In this document: positions 63,242 to 64,000 of the stretch, one piece after another
How positions within the stretch are numbered: position 1 is the stretch's first letter
Layout of the letters: the number at the start of each line of letters is the position of its first letter
From: an uncultured Desulfovibrionaceae bacterium
GTDB lineage: Bacteria; Desulfobacterota; Desulfovibrionia; Desulfovibrionales; Desulfovibrionaceae
Direction: 5' to 3'
Length of the DNA: 64,000 bases
NCBI GenBank assembly: GCA_964440345.1
Contig: CAYTSA010000008.1
Span: 1,830 to 65,829, forward strand
Notes under the pieces: generated by a model
Databases searched by the model: none
Told to the model about the DNA's origin: nothing
What the model saw: only the letters and a program-made list of their open reading frames with translations
Program-made: the position numbers and the translations under genes

Positions 63242-63536
63242 TATCCTCTCTCCTTTGCAGCTGCAGGCTCAACAGATCAACAACAGACCAGTAGATAAAC
63301 GCATCAGCATAGTACGGGTCTTCCATCAACTTTTTCATTGGCGTGGGCTTGGGCAATCCCTTTTTGGCGGACAACAAAGCCTCCACCCGTTCTTGAAGCT
63401 TGGCTTCGGCTTTTTCCCTGGCTTGCTCCAGGCTGCTCCCAGAGACAATGCATCCCAAAAAATCCGGGTACTCAATGACATAGTCCGCGCCAGGAGAATG
63501 GCGGACAACGCCTATGTATTGCTGCTGCTTTGCCAT
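63234..63536 (-). CDS. HicB-like (antitoxin-fold) small protein
   Basis: 100 aa. YIGVVRHSPGADYVIEYPDFLGCIVSGSSLEQAREKAEAKL matches the HicB N-terminal fold pattern. No DNA-binding tail is evident. 8-nt overlap with the downstream LUD gene. Confidence 0.55.
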   Translation of the reverse strand: MAKQQQYIGVVRHSPGADYVIEYPDFLGCIVSGSSLEQAREKAEAKLQERVEALLSAKKGLPKPTPMKKLMEDPYYADAFIYWSVVDLLSLQLQRREDNG

Positions 63537-63541
63537 GGGGA

Positions 63542-64000
63542 TCAGGTCATGAAGATGATGGGCGCTGCTTCCTCAATGGTGGTCAGCCCCTGGACCACTT
63601 TGTTCAGCGCGTCTGTCTGCATGGTGCGTAGGGCCTTTAACTTAACGGCGTTTTTGGCCAGTTCCTTGGGAGGCGTCAGCTGCATGATCATCTGCTGCAC
63701 TTCGTCAACCATGGAAAGAACTTCATAGATGCCAAGCCGCCCCTTGTAGCCGGTGTTGTTGCATGCGTTGCATCCCTTGCCGTGGTAAAACGTAATCTTC
63801 TTGTTGAATTTTAAGGCGTCTATGTATTTCTGCTCCGGCTCGTACTCTTCCTTGCATTTTGAACAGACGCGGCGCACCAGCCTCTGGCCTATGGCGCACA
63901 GCAAGGTGGAGGCCACCAGAAAGGGCTCCACGCCCATGTCCATAAGCCGGCTCACAGCTGCAGTGGCGGTGTTGGTGTGCAAAGTGGAGAGCACCATATG
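63542..64000 (-). CDS. GspE/PilB-family secretion ATPase, C-terminal fragment (continues beyond the window)
   Basis: His-box LSTLHTNTA. Tetracysteine motif CSKCK...GKGCNACNNTGYKGR. The frame is open to base 64000. Confidence 0.85.
   Translation of the reverse strand, partial: HMVLSTLHTNTATAAVSRLMDMGVEPFLVASTLLCAIGQRLVRRVCSKCKEEYEPEQKYIDALKFNKKITFYHGKGCNACNNTGYKGRLGIYEVLSMVDEVQQMIMQLTPPKELAKNAVKLKALRTMQTDALNKVVQGLTTIEEAAPIIFMT

Noticed and set aside
63234-63536. HicAB toxin-antitoxin module
   Set aside because: Only the HicB-like half is present. No HicA-sized ORF lies on either side, and the gene is embedded by overlaps in a larger operon.
1-64000. Prophage, integrative element, autonomous insertion sequence, defence island, tRNA or rRNA genes
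   Set aside because: No integrase, transposase, recombinase, phage structural, restriction-modification or cas-like ORF was seen in any frame of the track. No tRNA-like T-loop or acceptor pattern was noticed in the intergenic regions. The repeat families have no autonomous partner here.

Overview
GC-rich (about 60% by eye) chromosomal window whose gene content and synteny resemble a Desulfovibrio-type sulfate-reducing deltaproteobacterium; the taxon is an inference. No rRNA, tRNA, CRISPR array, transposase, integrase or phage gene was seen. Contents, in order: (1) housekeeping genes: polA 3' end, rlmI, DUF1844, argC, a PaaK-like ligase, purD, a DUF2064/flavoprotein pair and malic enzyme. (2) A two-gene operon encoding a 1322-aa class-I (CyaA-type) adenylate cyclase with a HEAT/pentapeptide-repeat N-terminal extension, plus a DUF3391-HD-GYP phosphodiesterase. 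(3) A polyamine cluster: pdaD, a deoxyhypusine-synthase-like gene and aguA. (4) A MocR regulator divergent from azlCD. (5) A roughly 22-kb Wzx/Wzy-type polysaccharide locus (22.7-44.6 kb) in five alternating transcription units. Besides standard Wz machinery and glycosyltransferases it carries two cobalamin-type radical SAM enzymes, two DUF362 paralogues (one fused to a ferredoxin), a carrier-less adenylate-forming ligase, a PAPS-type sulfotransferase, a soluble alkaline-phosphatase-superfamily enzyme and an LpxL-like acyltransferase. I consider this tailoring set the best candidate for undescribed biology. (6) A TolC / HlyD-adaptor / split MacB-type ABC efflux operon whose adaptor carries a cytoplasmic PAS domain, followed by an orphan STAS / RsbW-like partner-switching pair. 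(7) A repeat-rich, partly AT-rich stretch with a MucR/Ros regulator, then a GAF-HD-GYP protein, folD, a fused SucC-SucD-like CoA ligase, a hybrid histidine kinase, a LUD-domain protein, a HicB-like protein and the 3' end of a GspE/PilB ATPase. Three families of short structured MITE/REP-like repeats with terminal inverted repeats occupy eight intergenic sites. One 17-bp tandem repeat sits in the divergent control region of the polysaccharide locus. One GT2 gene appears frameshifted, with its alternative-frame tail running into a repeat copy.
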